In this document: one piece after another, positions 21,868 to 35,588 of the stretch | How the letters are laid out: each line of letters opens with the position of its first letter | How positions within the stretch are numbered: the first letter of the stretch is position 1 | Source: Peribolospora baueri | Lineage: Eukaryota | Assembly: GCA_029717555.1 (NCBI GenBank) | Contig: JAMDHS010000016.1 | Location: 248,001-302,173, forward strand | Reading direction: 5' to 3' | Length of the DNA: 54,173 nucleotides | Translations under genes and position numbers: made by a program | The notes under the pieces: model-generated | Told to the model about the DNA's origin: nothing | Seen by the model: only the letters and a program-made list of their open reading frames with translations | Databases searched by the model: none

Positions 21868-23036
21868 ATGCCTTCCTCCGCGACCGACGAGCCCAACTCC
21901 AACTCCAACATCACTGGAGAGGCAAATATGGCCGCTCCGTCCACGCCGACTCGCTCGTCGCTCCCTCTGACGCTCATCGCAGCGGCGACGTTATCCAACG
22001 GCATCGGCGCGGCGTCGCGCTTGCCTTGGCGACTGAAGAAGGAGATGGCTTATTTCAAGAGAGTCACGGAGGGAGTGGTCGAAGCTGACGGGGCACCTTT
22101 GTCTGGGATGAACGCCGTGGTGATGGGAAGGAAGAGCTGGGAGAGCATCCCTCCTCGCTTCCGACCGTTGAAGGGCCGTGCGAACGTGGTGATCAGCCGT
22201 GGGGCGACCGCAGACATGCTCGGGGTGTGAGGCTTCATCCGTCCTTCCTTCGTCCTTCCTTGGTTGCGTACGTGAGGTCCAGCGTGGGTGGTTCTGGTGT
22301 GCTCACCGAGGCCGACGGCCACGCCACTTTCCATTGCTCTTCACCTCGTCTCTCCAGGAATGAGTGCCAGGACACGCTCCTCTGCAACTCGTTCGCCTCT
22401 GCCGTCCAAGCTCTGTCCGACGCCACCACGTCCGCCCCTTCCATGACGTCTTCGTCCCCAACCTCGCCCTTTTCTGCGCCGGTTCACCGCGTCTTCCTCA
22501 CTGGCGGCGCCCACCTGTACTCGCAATCCCTCCGTCTGCCCCATCCGTCAGAACGACCTTCCCCGTCGCACGCATCGACGGACCCGGCGTCATCCTCAAC
22601 CTCAGCGGCGGGGATATCAACATCTACAAAGAAAAAGGACGAGGACGAGGACGACCTGAGCAACGTACGGGCCCACGTCTCCACGCTCCTCATCACCCGC
22701 ATCCTCTCCCCCGCCTTCCCTCAGTGCGACGTCTTCCTGCCAGAGTTCCGTTCCGATGCGCAGGTCGCCGCGGACGAGGCGTTGGCGCGACGACAAGGAG
22801 AGGTCGCCCCCGATGCCATGGCCGGGCCCGACGGAGGCGAACCGCACACTTTCGCCGCCGCCGCCGCCGCCACCGGTGCCGGCGCTGATTCGTTCCGACA
22901 AGCACGAGCCGGGAAAGGACTCTGGGAGCGCGCTTCCCACGACGAGCTGGAGCGGTTCGTCGGCTTTGAGGTGCCGCGAGGAGTCGTGGAAGAAGATGAA
23001 GTGCGATACGAATTCCAGATGTGGACGCATCGCTAG
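21868..23036 (+). CDS. DFR1: Dihydrofolate reductase; one intron (22227-22357); long low-complexity insertions
   Basis: LTLIAAAT..NGIG....LPWRLKKEMAYFKRVT, NAVVMGRKSWESIPPRFRPLKGRANVVIS, VFLTGGAHLY, ITRI...CDVFLP, VRYEFQMW. The start could be 21661, 21868 or 21928. Confidence 0.95.
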
Positions 23037-23228
23037 ACGTAGTCTAGATCGGTGACGGCGAGAAATTGCTACACGAGTCATTTGATTGCCAGGTAACCTT
23101 GCATTATAAGCCTCTCTCGTTAGGAGAGCGGTGTCTGTGTGCTTCTAACTACACGGAACTATCGACGTGAGTCGTACCGTCCACTCATCGGCCTGCTCGT
23201 CCAGCCGGGATGCCATTTCAGATGGCCA

Positions 23229-24524
23229 TTACGCGTCGATACCACCGTGTGCCTCGATGACCTGCGCGAGACGGAAAGAAAAAATGGTACGACCCGAAGC
23301 CCGTTAGTTTGAAAAGGCGGCAAAAAGCGCTTCCGAGCGTTGTGGCGCCGGCGCAAGGCAAGAAAGACTCACGTCATCGATTTTGAGGACAGCTCGAACT
23401 GAGTGCATGGAATAAACGAACGACGGTGTCCAGGGCAGGATGGAAACCGCGTAAGTTAAGCCCGACTCCGCTCGGCGTCTGCACGGATCGAGACACCAGT
23501 AGAGGTCATAAAGAGAAAGGTCGCCAACGCACCGAGCTGGGTGGCGAGCAGGTACTGCTGCCGCTTGGAAATGAGCGGGTCGTAGACATGAGCCTCCTTC
23601 ATGTCTGTATACAAGTAGAGACAAGCGAGGTGAGTCAGAGATGCTATCGTGCAGGAGAACCCCAGAACTTGGCTTTGAGCCGGAAGGCGACGATACAAAC
23701 TACGCCGAGCGCCTGATACGACGGCTTACCATTGTTCCCGGAGGACATGCAATCGATGCCCAGCCTCGAGTTCCCCTCGGTTGCCTGCCTACTCTTTACA
23801 TCGGCGAGCGTCTCAATAGGGCTGAGGCCCGAGTTCTCAGCCAAGGCGAGCGGGATTGCATCAAGCGCGGAGGCAAAGGCGCGCATGGCGTACTGCTCTA
23901 TAGACGGAATCTCGTCCGCTGCTTTGGACACGGCGAGCGAGCACGAGATCTCGGCCGCGCCACCGCCGTATACGACTCGATTGTCGACGACTAGGTTGCG
24001 CACTACGCAGATGGCATCGTGGAGAGCGCGCTTGGCTTCGTCAATGATCTGTTTGCGCAAAGGTGGAGTGTGCGAGAAATGGTGAGAAAAAGCAGCTTGA
24101 CTTCTCGACCAACAGTATGACCTAGAGCAGCCTACGAAAGCGAATCCGCTCTATCCTGGCCAACTCACCATCTTGTTGCTGCCCCTCACGAACACGGTGA
24201 CAGCCCTAGTGTTGGCGCACTCTTCGATCACGAGCATCTTGTCCCTCGTGGTGCCGAAGCCGACCTCGCGCACGAGGCCTGCGTGACCGAGTTTTTCGGG
24301 CGTCAGGTCCTCAAAGCGAGGTACGATACGACCGTTCGTTGCGATCGCAATCAACTGGAGAAGGGACCGGAGAGCAGAGCCCGTGAAGAAACGTCTTTTG
24401 ATCAGTGACACGGCCTCTTACGCTTCCGAAAGTAAGCGAACGGAAAGAGTCGAGTGAAACGACGTACTTCGATCTCAGGACCGCCCACCCATCGCACGGC
24501 AGGCAAGTCATTCTGCATGAGCAG

Positions 24525-24557
<33 letters not shown>

Positions 24558-25998
24558 AATAACGAGGTTCGCGCCGGTGTCCTTGACGCGTTTGATCATC
24601 TCCTCGAACTTAGTGCGCTCGTACTCCTGCAGCTTCTTGTACTCCTCTACGTTGGTGATGTCGAGCTTATGCTTCGTCTTGGGACGAGGAGGCTCGAAGG
24701 GGCAAGTGAGGATGGCAATCTTGGCGTCTTTGACCACGCGGGGCATCTGCGGGTGAGACATGTCCTTGTCCACCACCACGCCCTTCACCAACGCTGTGTC
24801 CTCCAACGAACCGCCAACCTTGCCGTCCACCTTGATAAGCTCGAAGTCGACGTCCCGGCGCTCCAGATCAGCGACAGAAAGAACAGCATCGACGGCAATA
24901 CGGGCGAATTTCTCATGAGCTTTTGAGACACTGGCAGGAGGGAAAGTGAGAGGGGAGATCAAAATCCGGACCGCCGCTGCACGGACACCGAAAGGGGCTG
25001 CAGTTTGCGAAACCGTAGCTGATGCACCATTGTACGGACACTCACATCTTGCTACCCAGACTCGTCATGGCCGTCTTGAGCAGCTCCTCAATGTTCTCCT
25101 TGTCGAAATCGATCCTGTCGGAGACGCTGTCCAGCTCTGCCACGGCCACTTGGCAGGCGCGCTCGAAACCGTCGGCGATGCGGATCGGGTGGATTCCTCG
25201 GTCGAGGAGGGATTCCGATTGCTCCAGGAGCGCCCCAGCGAGGACTGAGCGCGAGAAAGATAGGATAGAGTTGATATGAGCACACATGGGCTCTGAACCT
25301 CCCTGAACAGGGGCATTCGTTACTCACCTACGACGCCGGTAGTCCCATCTCCAATCTCATCATCCTGACTTTTACTGAGCTGAACGAGTAGCTTAGCGAC
25401 CTGATGCTCCACCTCCATCTGGCCCAAAATGGTGGCTCCATCGTTGGTCACGTTAATGTCACCGTCGGGCGAGATGAGGATCTTGTCCAGACCGCGAGGG
25501 CCGAGCGAGGTGCGGATGATCTGGAAGACAGATCAGCGAAAAGACGAGTCAGTCAACAAGGGAAGGAGGATCCTTTCATGATAAAATCCATCTCACATTC
25601 GCAACAGTCCGGGCAGCGAGACTGGACGTATGGAGGAAGAAATAGGTGTAATGATAGCGACAAAGGCATATGAGCATGCATGCAACCAGGCAGCACCCAG
25701 ACCGACGGCCCGACCAACGTCGGTGTCCTTCTTAAAGCGAGGGATAGAAACGCACATGTGGGACTTGATAGCGGCGATACCTTTTGTCCGCGTCTTCTTT
25801 CCCTGCTCCCTGACGATGATGAACGGGCGACCGTACTGCGAAAGCGAAAGCATAGAGGCGACATTCAGCTCGGACAGACCCACCGGGCCGTCGATTCTGC
25901 AATCGACTACGAGCGCGGCGTGTCGCTTCACTTCGTCCTGCCCTTTGTTCGCTCACCTCGTCCGTGGCGTAGACGGCCTCAGGCTGTTGTTGCGCCAT
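23229..25998 (-). CDS. CCT5: T-complex protein 1 subunit epsilon (CCT/TRiC); multi-exon, including two ~25-nt exons
   Basis: [119 protein letters not shown]. Confidence 0.97.
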
Positions 25999-26232
25999 GT
26001 TGAGATGGGGAATGAGGGTAGAGGGTTGAGCTGGCGTCCTCCGTCTCCCTGAGAATCATTTCTCGCCGTCCAACTCGTCGTCAGTCGTCGGTCGCCGCAG
26101 ACGTCCATAACCCTACTCGGTTGATCGGCTGCGGTAAGAAGGTCGAGTGGGCCGGGCTTCGAGTCAAGGCGAGGCAGGCGAAACGAACATAGATACACTA
26201 TACCTCCAAACTACCTCGGCCAGCAACACACG
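25999..26232. promoter_or_regulatory. 234-bp divergent promoter shared by CCT5 and ADE2
   Basis: Head-to-head ATGs at 25998 (-) and 26233 (+). Confidence 0.55.
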
Positions 26233-28267
26233 ATGGAAAGCAGAAGGGTGGGCGTGCTGGGTAAGCAATGATGGGCCAACTTACAACTATGGGTTCATTT
26301 TCTGACTCCATCTTCACACCTCTTGCGCCCCAGGCGGCGGGCAGTTGGGCCGCATGTTCGTTGAGGCGGCCTCGCGGCTCAACGTAGACGTCCTCTTCCT
26401 CGACCAAGGCACCTCCACTCCCGCAAAGCAGATCAAAGCCTCTCCAGACCACGTCGACGGATCTTTTGCCGATCGCGAGAAGATCAAAGAGCTGGCTGCA
26501 AAGGTGAACGTGCTGACCGTGGAGATCGAGCACGTCGACGCCGCCGTGCTCGCCGAGATCGAAGCCGAGGGGAAGGTGGCCGTCCATCCTCGCCCCGAGA
26601 CGATCCGAATCATCCAGGACAAATACGCGCAGAAGCTCCACCTCGCGTCCTCTTGCATCCCGCTGGCGGAGAGTATCGACGTCGAAGCCTCCGAGGCCGG
26701 CATCCGGCAAGCTGGAGACAAATTTGGCTATCCCTTCATGCTCAAAAGCAGGACGCTGGCGTACGACGGCCGAGGAAATTTCGTCGTCAAGTCCTCTGGC
26801 GACGCTTCCTCTGCTTTGGCTGCGCTTGGGGGTGGACAGAGGGGCCTATACGCGGAGAGGTGGGCCAAGTTTGAGCGCGAGGTTGCCGTCATGGTCGTTC
26901 GCAGCGCGGGGGGAGAGGTGAGGAGCTATCCGGCGGTAGAGACCGTGCATAAGGACAGCATCTGCCATCAGGTCATCGCCCCCCTGCGAAGCCGCTTCTT
27001 AGGAGTGCAAGAACGGGCAAGGAAGATCGCTGAGGATGCGGTGAGGACATTTGAAGGTGCTGGTGTCTTCGGAGTCGAGATGTTTTTGATGGCCGATGGT
27101 GAGTCGTTGTTTCCATGGTGTGGCGTGCCAGTGGCGATTACGTTAAAATATCGACGATCTCTCTCTTCTCCGAACAAATCATCTCGCAGGAACTCTTTTG
27201 CTCAACGAGATTGCGCCCCGGCCGCACAACTCCGGCCACTACACCATCGAAGCCTGCTCGACATCTCAATACGAGAACCACCTCCGCGCGATCCTCAACC
27301 TGCCCCTGGGCGACACCTCGCTAAAGGTACCCTCGGCGGCGATGCTCAACATACTCGGCCTCTCCCACTCCTTCCGAGACGCATACGCTCCCGCACTCGA
27401 GAGCCTTCGGGTGCCCGGTGCGACCGTGCATCTTTACGGAAAGGCGGCGTGCAGGAAGGGCCGGAAGATGGGACACGTCACTGTCGTCGCAGACTGCGAT
27501 GCCCAGCTTGAGGAGCGAATGAAGCCGCTCCTAGAAGCGCTCGACAAAGCCACACTGTCCGCGGCTGGGGCCGCTTCAGACCTCTCCTCGTCCACTACCT
27601 CTGCAACGACCTCCCACGGTGCCTTCAACCACCCCCACCCTCTTGTGGGCATCATCATGGGCTCCGACTCCGACTTGCCAACGATGCTCCCAGCTGCCAC
27701 TTTCCTCAAAAACTTTTCCGTCCCCTTCGAGCTCACGATCGTTTCCGCCCACCGCACGCCTGACCGGATGGTCGACTATGCTCGCAGCGCCGCCGCTCGA
27801 GGCCTTAAGGTAATAATAGCCGGAGCGGGTGGGGCGGCACACCTGCCTGGCATGGTCGCTGCCATGACGCCGTTGCCTGTCGTTGGCGTCCCCGTGAGGG
27901 GTAGCTCTTTGGACGGCGTGGACAGCTTGCATTCGATCGTGCAAATGCCGGTGAGTCCCGCGTCCTGCTGTTCCCTTCTGCGCGTGTGTGCGGCTGCGAG
28001 ATGATCACAGAGATCACGGGCGTGCGATGGAGGGCTCAAACTCTCCTCATCCCATCCGTCTCCGTCGAGCAGCGTGGCGTCCCTGTCGCGACGGTCGCCA
28101 TCAACAATTCGACCAACGCCGGCCTCCTGGCGATTCGCATCCTCGGCTCAAGCATGCCGCGCTACCTTACAGCCATGGAGAAGTATATGGAAAAGATGGA
28201 GCGCGAGGTGTTGGATAAGGCCGAGAGGCTCGAGAAGGAGGCGTGGGATTACGAGGTAAAAAAGTAG
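26233..28267 (+). CDS. ADE2: Phosphoribosylaminoimidazole carboxylase (fused PurK-PurE); 4 exons
   Basis: [115 protein letters not shown]. Stop TAG at 28265-28267. Confidence 0.97.
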
Positions 28268-28475
28268 AGAGCGAGGTTGTGGATGGATGCCTTGCCTTGC
28301 CTCTCTCTCTTCGCTTCGTCGCGCTCGTCCTACACACACGTCCTAAATAGATATGGTTAGACAGACGCTTTGTGTCATTTCCTGGGTGTGTTCCTTTTCC
28401 TTCTGTCTGGGTATCAGAATGGAGAGATACACGTGGGAAGAACGAGGCGACCAGCACCGAGTACTTGGTCGTCCC

Positions 28476-28541
28476 GTCGAGAGAGGGAAGAGACACAGAG
28501 ACACAGAGAGAGGGAGAGAAAGAGACACAGAGAGAGAGAGA
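28476..28541 (+). repeat. Degenerate (GA)n / AGAGACAC microsatellite in the convergent 3' region between ADE2 and the Tea4-like gene
   Basis: gagagagggaagagacacagagacacagagagagggagagaaagagacacagagagagagaga. Confidence 0.8.
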
Positions 28542-28816
28542 AGTGTTGGCTTCGGAACGAGCGAAAAGTACGGAACAAGAGGGAAGGGGGCTAGGGTAAA
28601 ACGGGAGACAAGACGCAGAGGAATAGACGGATCGCCGTGAAAGTCGGGCGAGGAGTCGATGCGAACGAGGTAGTAAGGAGCGTTGGGGGGACTAGTATGA
28701 AAGCGAGTGGACGGTCCAGGACGGAGAGTCATCGAGCATGGCAGGAGCAAAAGGGCCAAAAAGGAGAAATAGTGGCGAGCAAGAAAAAAAAAAGGGGGGA
28801 AACAGGATCTGAATGA

Positions 28817-31800
28817 TCAGAAGACTCGGAGCGCCTGTTCGAGTAGATCGTCCAGCGTCTGCAGGTGAACGAAAAGACGGAGACAAGAAGTACGAATGAG
28901 CTGATGAGCAAGCCACATCGAGAGTGACAGGCGTCTCGCGAGCGAACGGACGGCCGACAGGAAGATTAAGAAAGGAGCGAAAGAGGAAAGCGGAGCTCAC
29001 GTTCTCTAAGCCGTCCAAATCCCTGCTGATCCCCCCGTACGCCTCCCGGATGCCCTTATGCTCGATCTGCGGCATCGACGGCCCGAACAACCGGTACCGC
29101 TGACCTTCCTCCTCCTCCGCATCGAGAGGCGGCGTGGCGGGCCGGTGCCTCCTCGCGCCGGCGTCCACGAGCGTCATGAGCCTATCCAAGCCAAAGTCTT
29201 CCCGGAACACCGCATGGCCCACACTGGCGCCAGCGCCGGGCGTAGGACTCATGCTCGCCCCTCGGTTCGCGCCCGCGCCGCCACCGACAGTCTGTCCGGC
29301 CGCGCCAGCGGCAACAGCGGATGAAGCGGCGACGAGCATGCTCTGAGGCGTCGGGTTGGTCGTCGCGGTGTGCGTGCTCGAATTGAGAGGGCTCGCCGTC
29401 TCGGCCGAGCTGTCCGGATCCGGATCGCTGGCCATGCTGGCGAGGCTGGACTGTTTGCGGTGCTTCGACGACGAGCCGATGCGCAGACGCGAGTCGAGCG
29501 TTGGCGTGCTCCTCCCCGTCGGGGACCCAATTCCACGTGACGACGCCGTTTGGGAATGCGGACTCGCCACCCGAGCGTTAGCGGGGCTGATAGTGCGACT
29601 GCTAGTGTTGGACGACAGTATGCCATCTCCGGACGGACCGCCTTGGACGCGAGAGAGGATCTGATCGATGCGGTCCTCGAGGCTACCGTCCGCAGCCGAG
29701 GTGCGCGCCAGGACCTGCTCGAGCAGATCTCCCGTCTGCTGACTTCCGGGCGACGATTGCCCGGCGGCGCCTTGCCGCGAAAAGGCAGCCGTCGGAGAAG
29801 GTGATTTATCGATAGTCAGCGGCGCCGTCTTGAGCGCTTGCACGGCCGCCGCGTCCTCGGCGTCTGCGTCTCTACCGCCGAGTTTGAGGTCGAACTGTAC
29901 GTCCGACAAGCTCAGCGGTGAGGAATCCTTGACCGGCGAGCTCCGAGCGCTTTCGAAGGAGGCGGTAGAGTCGGAGTACTCGGACCGGCTCTGGCCGAGT
30001 GCCGGCCGTGCGGTGGAACGGGAACTAGACCGTGAGCGGGGGTCCTCCTTGCGGAGGGTGTCCTCGATGATGTCGCTAATGTCGTACGTGTCACCGGAGG
30101 CGGCGATGAACGAGTAGCGTATACGATCGTCCATCAACCTCGAGCTCCGAATCGTTCCGCGTTCCGTCGTGATGTCGACGCCTCGCTGCGTGTTCCTCTG
30201 AGCCGTCGTTTTGGCCCTCTGGGCCCGCTGAGCGGCGATGACCTGTTGGCGGGACATGCCGGCGGGCGTCTCGGCGATGGTCTCCAGCTCCTCGCGTCGC
30301 CTCTGCTGCTCCTTCTGGCGAAGCGTCTCCTCCGTGGGGGAGAGCGATCTGGCACCGCGGGGCTTGTAAAGCGCCTTGCGAAGGATGAAGACAGGGTCGT
30401 CCGATTGAACCTCGTCGGCCGTACCGAGGAAGAAGCTCGTGTCAAGAGATCTTCGCTTGCCGTCCAGCGACCGCCGGTTGGCGGCCTTGAAGGCCGGAGG
30501 TCGAGGATAGGCATCCAACACCTTGCTCACCGCCGATAAATTTCGTTCTGAGCGCAGCAGCGTGGAGTGGGGAGGAAGGGGCAGAAAATTTGGATGAGGT
30601 GGATGGACGGGCGTCGATTCAACGATAGACACAAGGATCGCTTACCTCGTCCCTCGATCTCGACGGACAAGCCATACTTGACTCTTGCCATGCTCCTCCT
30701 CCTCGCCAACTTGTCCTCCACATCGTCACCGCCATCGACGACGCCCTCTACGATACCGAACCGATCGAGAGCGGCCTCGATGACCTCGGCGACGGTGGTG
30801 TTGCGGGGGAAGGTGAGGATCTTCTCGCGATAATGGTGCGCGACGCCGGGGCTGGGCACGAGCGCATCCGGGCCCTGCGCGTTGCCGCGCTCACGGAGCG
30901 TCTGGGCGGGGATGAGAGCGTTGGTCTTGGGATCGAAGACGGTGCCGTCGGGAAGGTCGCCGGGGAAGATGAGCACGCGCATCGCGAATCGAGCCGTCGG
31001 GCTCGCCGCGCTCTCCGCAGAGTTGAGGTCGGCAGGGCCGACAGAGGAAATCGAGGTGAAGGAAGAGTCCTTGCCGCCGCCGGCGGCGCTAGAAGAGGCG
31101 TACATGGACGACGACAAGGACGTGTCGGCCGATGCGCTCGTGTCGCCCGGCTCTCCCGGCTCGGTGTCGTACGGCAGCATGCTCGGACTCTCATCTGGCG
31201 CCGTGTCCGACCTCTTCTCACCGACGGGTCGGCCGCGGATACGCCGGTTGAGGTAGAATTTGACGATAGAGTCGTCCGAAAAGTCGCTCATGCCGAGTCG
31301 GGTGATGGCCGGGTTCAGACTGAGGTTGGAGCTCACCGAGCTCAGCGAGCCTACGGAGGAGCGCTTGACGCTCGGCACCTGCAGCATGTCTCGGTCGGGA
31401 TGAGCTTCGGTGAGAGCGTCGAAGACGACGAGAGGGCGCTCGTGCGGACCGAGCTCGGTCTCGTCGCCCTCGATCTCGCGCACGGTGAGGTAGTATTCGC
31501 CCAGGTCGGCGTCCGAGACTCCAAGGCGGAAGCGCTGCATGGCCTGTCGGATGAGGTCGTGAGACGTGGTGGACTGGTTGAGAAGGACGGTCTTGAACGT
31601 GGCCTCGCTGTCGATCGAATCGCCGGCGAAGACGCGCAGCACGTTGAGCATCGAGGTGATGCCCGGCATGGCGACCAAGGAGCCGGGCCTTGGCTTCCTG
31701 CGAGGCGATAATGCGTCGGCATCGTTGTCCGCCGAAAGGCGGGCCAGTTGCTGGCCCATGCCGCCGCGTTGTTGCAGCATCCCCTCGACGTGCGGACCGC

Positions 31801-34132
31801 CAGGAGGATACATGCCGCCCATGCCGCCGGCCATCTGAGCCGGGGACAAAGCCCGCTGAGGCTGCTGGCCATACATACCGCCGCCGGGACTCATGGACAT
31901 TGACTGACCTGGTCGCATGCCTTGCTGTGGGGTGAGCCGACCTCCTGGTGCGCCGGCGCTGCTGGCGAGCGAGTCGTCGGAAGAGCGCGTCTGCAGAGAC
32001 TCCTCGTCCTGAAGGAGACTCTTCCTGTCCCTCTTCCCGCCCGCGGCGCCCTCCTTGTCCTTGTCCTTCTTGCGCCCGAACAGGCCGCTGAACACGCCCG
32101 AAGACTTCTTCGCCTTCTTCCGCTCTTTCTCCCCTTCCTCCGGGCCATGCCCAGCGTCAAAGTCGGCCGAACCGTTCTTCGACTTGCGGTTGCCGGACTT
32201 GCGGTCCTTCTCCGAGCCCTTGGACGCCCGCCTGTCGTCGCCGCTCGGGCTGGGCTGTTGCATCCGGGCCTGGTCAGTGGCCTGCTGCTGCGCCTGCTGC
32301 ATGATGGCCGAGGGCAAGAAAGGACTGCCCAGCGTCGAGGAGGCGTTGCTCCTCAACGACTCGTTCCGTTGCCGCATACTCGTCCCGCCAAACTCCTGCG
32401 TGGCGGTCATGGCACTGAGCGAACCAGCGCTCGAGGAAGGCGAGAGCGCCCGTTGAGGCTCCTGCCCGCTGCCCATCTGCTGGGCTTGATTTTTGCGCAA
32501 GCTGTTGCTCTGCGGGCTGCGGTTCTGACCGGGCGCACCCTGTAGAGGGCCGACGGCGCGCTGCTGGATCGGACTGCCGCCGCTTTGCGACATAGCCTGC
32601 TGTTGTTGTTGTGCTTGTTGAGCAACGTACTGCTGCTGCTGCTGCTGTTGTTGTTGTTGATACTGCTGCTGGCTTTGCGCCTGGCGCTGTTGTTGTTGTT
32701 GTTGCTGTTGTTGTTGCTGCTGCTGCAGCAGCGCCCTCGCATTGGCGGCCTGTGCGTCTGCCTCGGCCTGCGCGGCGGCGTACTTGATTTGAGCGTCCCG
32801 CTGAGCCTGCTTGGCCGCGTCGTCGTCCCAGTCCATGCCGTCATCGGGCTCCATATCTCCTGGGCCGGCGCGAACGAGTTGACCGGCGACGGCAGAGCCG
32901 GCGGCGGCCTGCTTCCCTCGTCCTCGCACTTCGTCGTTCAACTCCTGCTCTTGCCCTTCGCCGGCCATGTCCTCGTCTACCTCATCGTCGTACTCGCCCT
33001 CCTCTTCATCCTCGTCCCACTCGCCCTCCTCCTCGTCCGAGCTGAACTCGTTTCCAGAGTGCTCAAAGTACTGGTTCTGCGAGTTGAAAATGACGCCTCG
33101 CTTCGATTGTGCCTTGGCCTGATGCTTGGTGAGCTGCGGCGGCGCCCCGTTCACGCGGCGCGAGAGGATAGACCGCTTGCCGGGGCTGCCAGCAGCCACC
33201 TGAGGGTTCGCCGACGAGTTGGACTTGAGAAGGTGCGAGCGATGAATCTTTTGAGACACTTGAATGTGGTCCTCATCCGTTGCGGAGGAGAGCTGAGAGA
33301 AGAGAAGGTGAGAAGGGTCAGTACGTGCGTCGGAACGGCCGAAGATCGAAGCAGCGCGTCGAAGGACTCACGTCGACGTTCCGGTGCTTGTTCAACCTCG
33401 CGAGTCGCTCGAACGGCGTTTCGATGTTCTCAGCGGGGATGTAACCTACTTCTTGGGTGCGCAAGACTCGCACGAGCCACCTGGAGAAGGGACGGAAGAG
33501 GAAGAGAGAACGACGAGCGAGGTATATCAGCCAAACTGGCACACACTCGCCACGAAAAGAACCCACGTGCTCCGAAGAGCGCCAAGCGACGCTCACCAGT
33601 ACGAGTTGGAATCGTCGAGCAAGGTGAGGCTATTTCCCTTGTTCACCGTCGCCTGCCCCTCGACAGTGGCGATAAAGTTGTGAAGGGCGTACACGAGGTC
33701 AAAGTCGATGTTCTCATCGGGGATGGAAGGCGAGCTGGACATCTCGTCCTCGTCGTCCAATAAGTCTTCGTCGTCCTCGTCCTCCTCCTCGTCGTCGTCC
33801 AAGCCCTGTCGAAAGTGCCCGGCCGCGCCGTTGAAATCGTCCTCCGAGCCCACGTCCATGTCCACGCCATTGCCTCCCGTGGCGAGGATGCCGGCGTTGC
33901 GCGCGGCGTAGTCCTCATCGGAAGAGAGATGGTCTGCGCTACCATGGTACGTAGAGGGCTGAGAGCCGACGCCGGCGTAGGGCGAGCCATTGGCAGCCTG
34001 GCGAGGCGAGGCGGACTGCCTGCCGGCGTTGACGTCGATGCGAAGGTTGGTGGGACGGGCGGCCGGCGAGGAGCGACCGGGGCCGGCCTGGGCCTGTTGC
34101 TGGGCGTAGGAGAGTTGCGGGCCTTGGAGCAT
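28817..34132 (-). CDS. tea4: Tea4/Bud14-like SH3-domain cell-polarity protein and PP1 regulator with Ras-association-like domains; 5 exons
   Basis: SSSPSIPDENIDFDLVYALHNFIATVEGQATVNKGNSLTLLDDSNSYW/WLVRVLRTQEVGYIPAENIETPFERLARLNKHRNVD is the characteristic Tea4/Bud14 SH3. KRGVIF is a PP1-docking-type motif. RA-like segments LRVFAGDSIDSEATFKTVLL...LIRQAMQRFRL and FPRNTTVAEVIEAALDRFGI. Last exon TLDDLLEQALRVF*. Confidence 0.85.
32597..32732 (-). repeat. CAG/CAA poly-glutamine tracts in the Tea4-like gene
   Basis: LLQQQQQQQQQQQQQRQAQSQQQYQQQQQQQQQQYVAQQAQQQQQ. Confidence 0.95.
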
Positions 34133-35588
34133 GGCGACGAAACGGTGAGGTCAGAAGGAAGCGGATGGGGCGACGCAAGAAGGACGAATTCGGTGGGACG
34201 ACGTGTCGAACGACGCTTGCGGTCGGGCGGACGCGGCGCGCGATGCCGTGCGAGACGGACGGGCAAGAAAGACGTGCACTATGCGCGAGAAGCACCAGCA
34301 CTGTCTTTTCTTTTCTCCGACGCCGCCACGCCTGTAGTTGGGACCAGGGTGCGAGTAGAGGAGCGAACGGGTGGGTCGTCAGGGAGCGTCGGAAGGACAG
34401 GAAGGAAGAACGGAGGAGGACGGGTGTTGTCTGTCTGGTCTTGGGTTGCGGTGCGTGCCGGGAGGACGTGTCAAGAGGAAGGGGCTCCGCGACGAGAGCA
34501 GGGGGATGGCGGCGGAGAGAAGGGATGGAGAGGGGGAGGGTGGATGGGGAGGAAGGAGGTGAGGATGAGGATTGGGGGTGAAGTGCGAGGTGTTGTGCGA
34601 CGCGCGACCGAGGAAGGTCGTTCGTTGTTCGCGTGCGGCGGACCGCCGGGTGGGATATGTCGGTCGACGTGGGTCGCTGGAGTGAGTCGGACGGTCGGCC
34701 AGCGGTGGTGGTGGTGGTCGTCGTGAGTTGGTCGTCTACGAATGCCACGATCGCACGGCGAAGGGGCGTTGGACGGAGGAGGAGATGGAGATGGAGGTGG
34801 TGTTTGTGGATGCGGTCGGACGGGCGCACGCTCTCCTCTCCCACTCCCGGAACGCTGCTCAGGGCGCCGCCGCAGCACCGCGATGGTGTTCTAGTAGCGG
34901 AAGGAGGGCCCCTTATTATTATTACACATACATAAGCAGCACTTTATATTGCCGCAGCGTCGTGTTGTATTGTGCTCCAGCTACTTGTCCCGGCACGTGA
35001 CCCTTCTAAATACCTCGCTCGACGCCGGCAGCAATGCTCTGGCCCTGGCTACTCACGCTTGTGCTCGCGCTCGCTGATCCTATCCTCGGCACCGCCTCCG
35101 CTGGCAGCGCCGTTGCTGTGCGCAAAGGGGCAGGGCGGGGGCGGGGGGGACAGACTCGCACGTGACATGGCGCACGTCGTCCACCGTCTCCTCTGCCCGG
35201 GACGAGCGTTCGGTCGGCCCTATGTATGTTCCCCCGCATGAGCTTACGAACATCCAAGACTTTGCTCGGTATCGAGACACATGCTCTCCAGTGGAGCCCC
35301 GACGTCCAGACGCCTCAGCGCTTTCCGGTTGCACACTTCTGCCTCGCCCGCGCCCAGCTTGGTCGCTGGGTGTCGGCTGTCGTCACGAGTGTGCGAAGCA
35401 GCACCAGCCGGCGGCGCTGATAGTAGTGCCGCAGTAGACGATGATCGGCGACCGCAATGCTGCCAAGCTCGCTGATTCCGACCCGCCCAGCTCCACGACA
35501 ATCAGGCCCAACACCTCCAACTGAGCCGAGCAGAGCAGAGCTGAGGGGCAGCCAGGGACGAACGGACCACCCACCGCCGCACCTCGTC

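Noticed and set aside
21868..28267. DHFR and ADE2 close together (folate/purine cluster?), and SBA1 and CCT5 (chaperone cluster?)
   Set aside because: They are interleaved with unrelated housekeeping genes and I see no shared motif. Chance adjacency is sufficient without synteny data.
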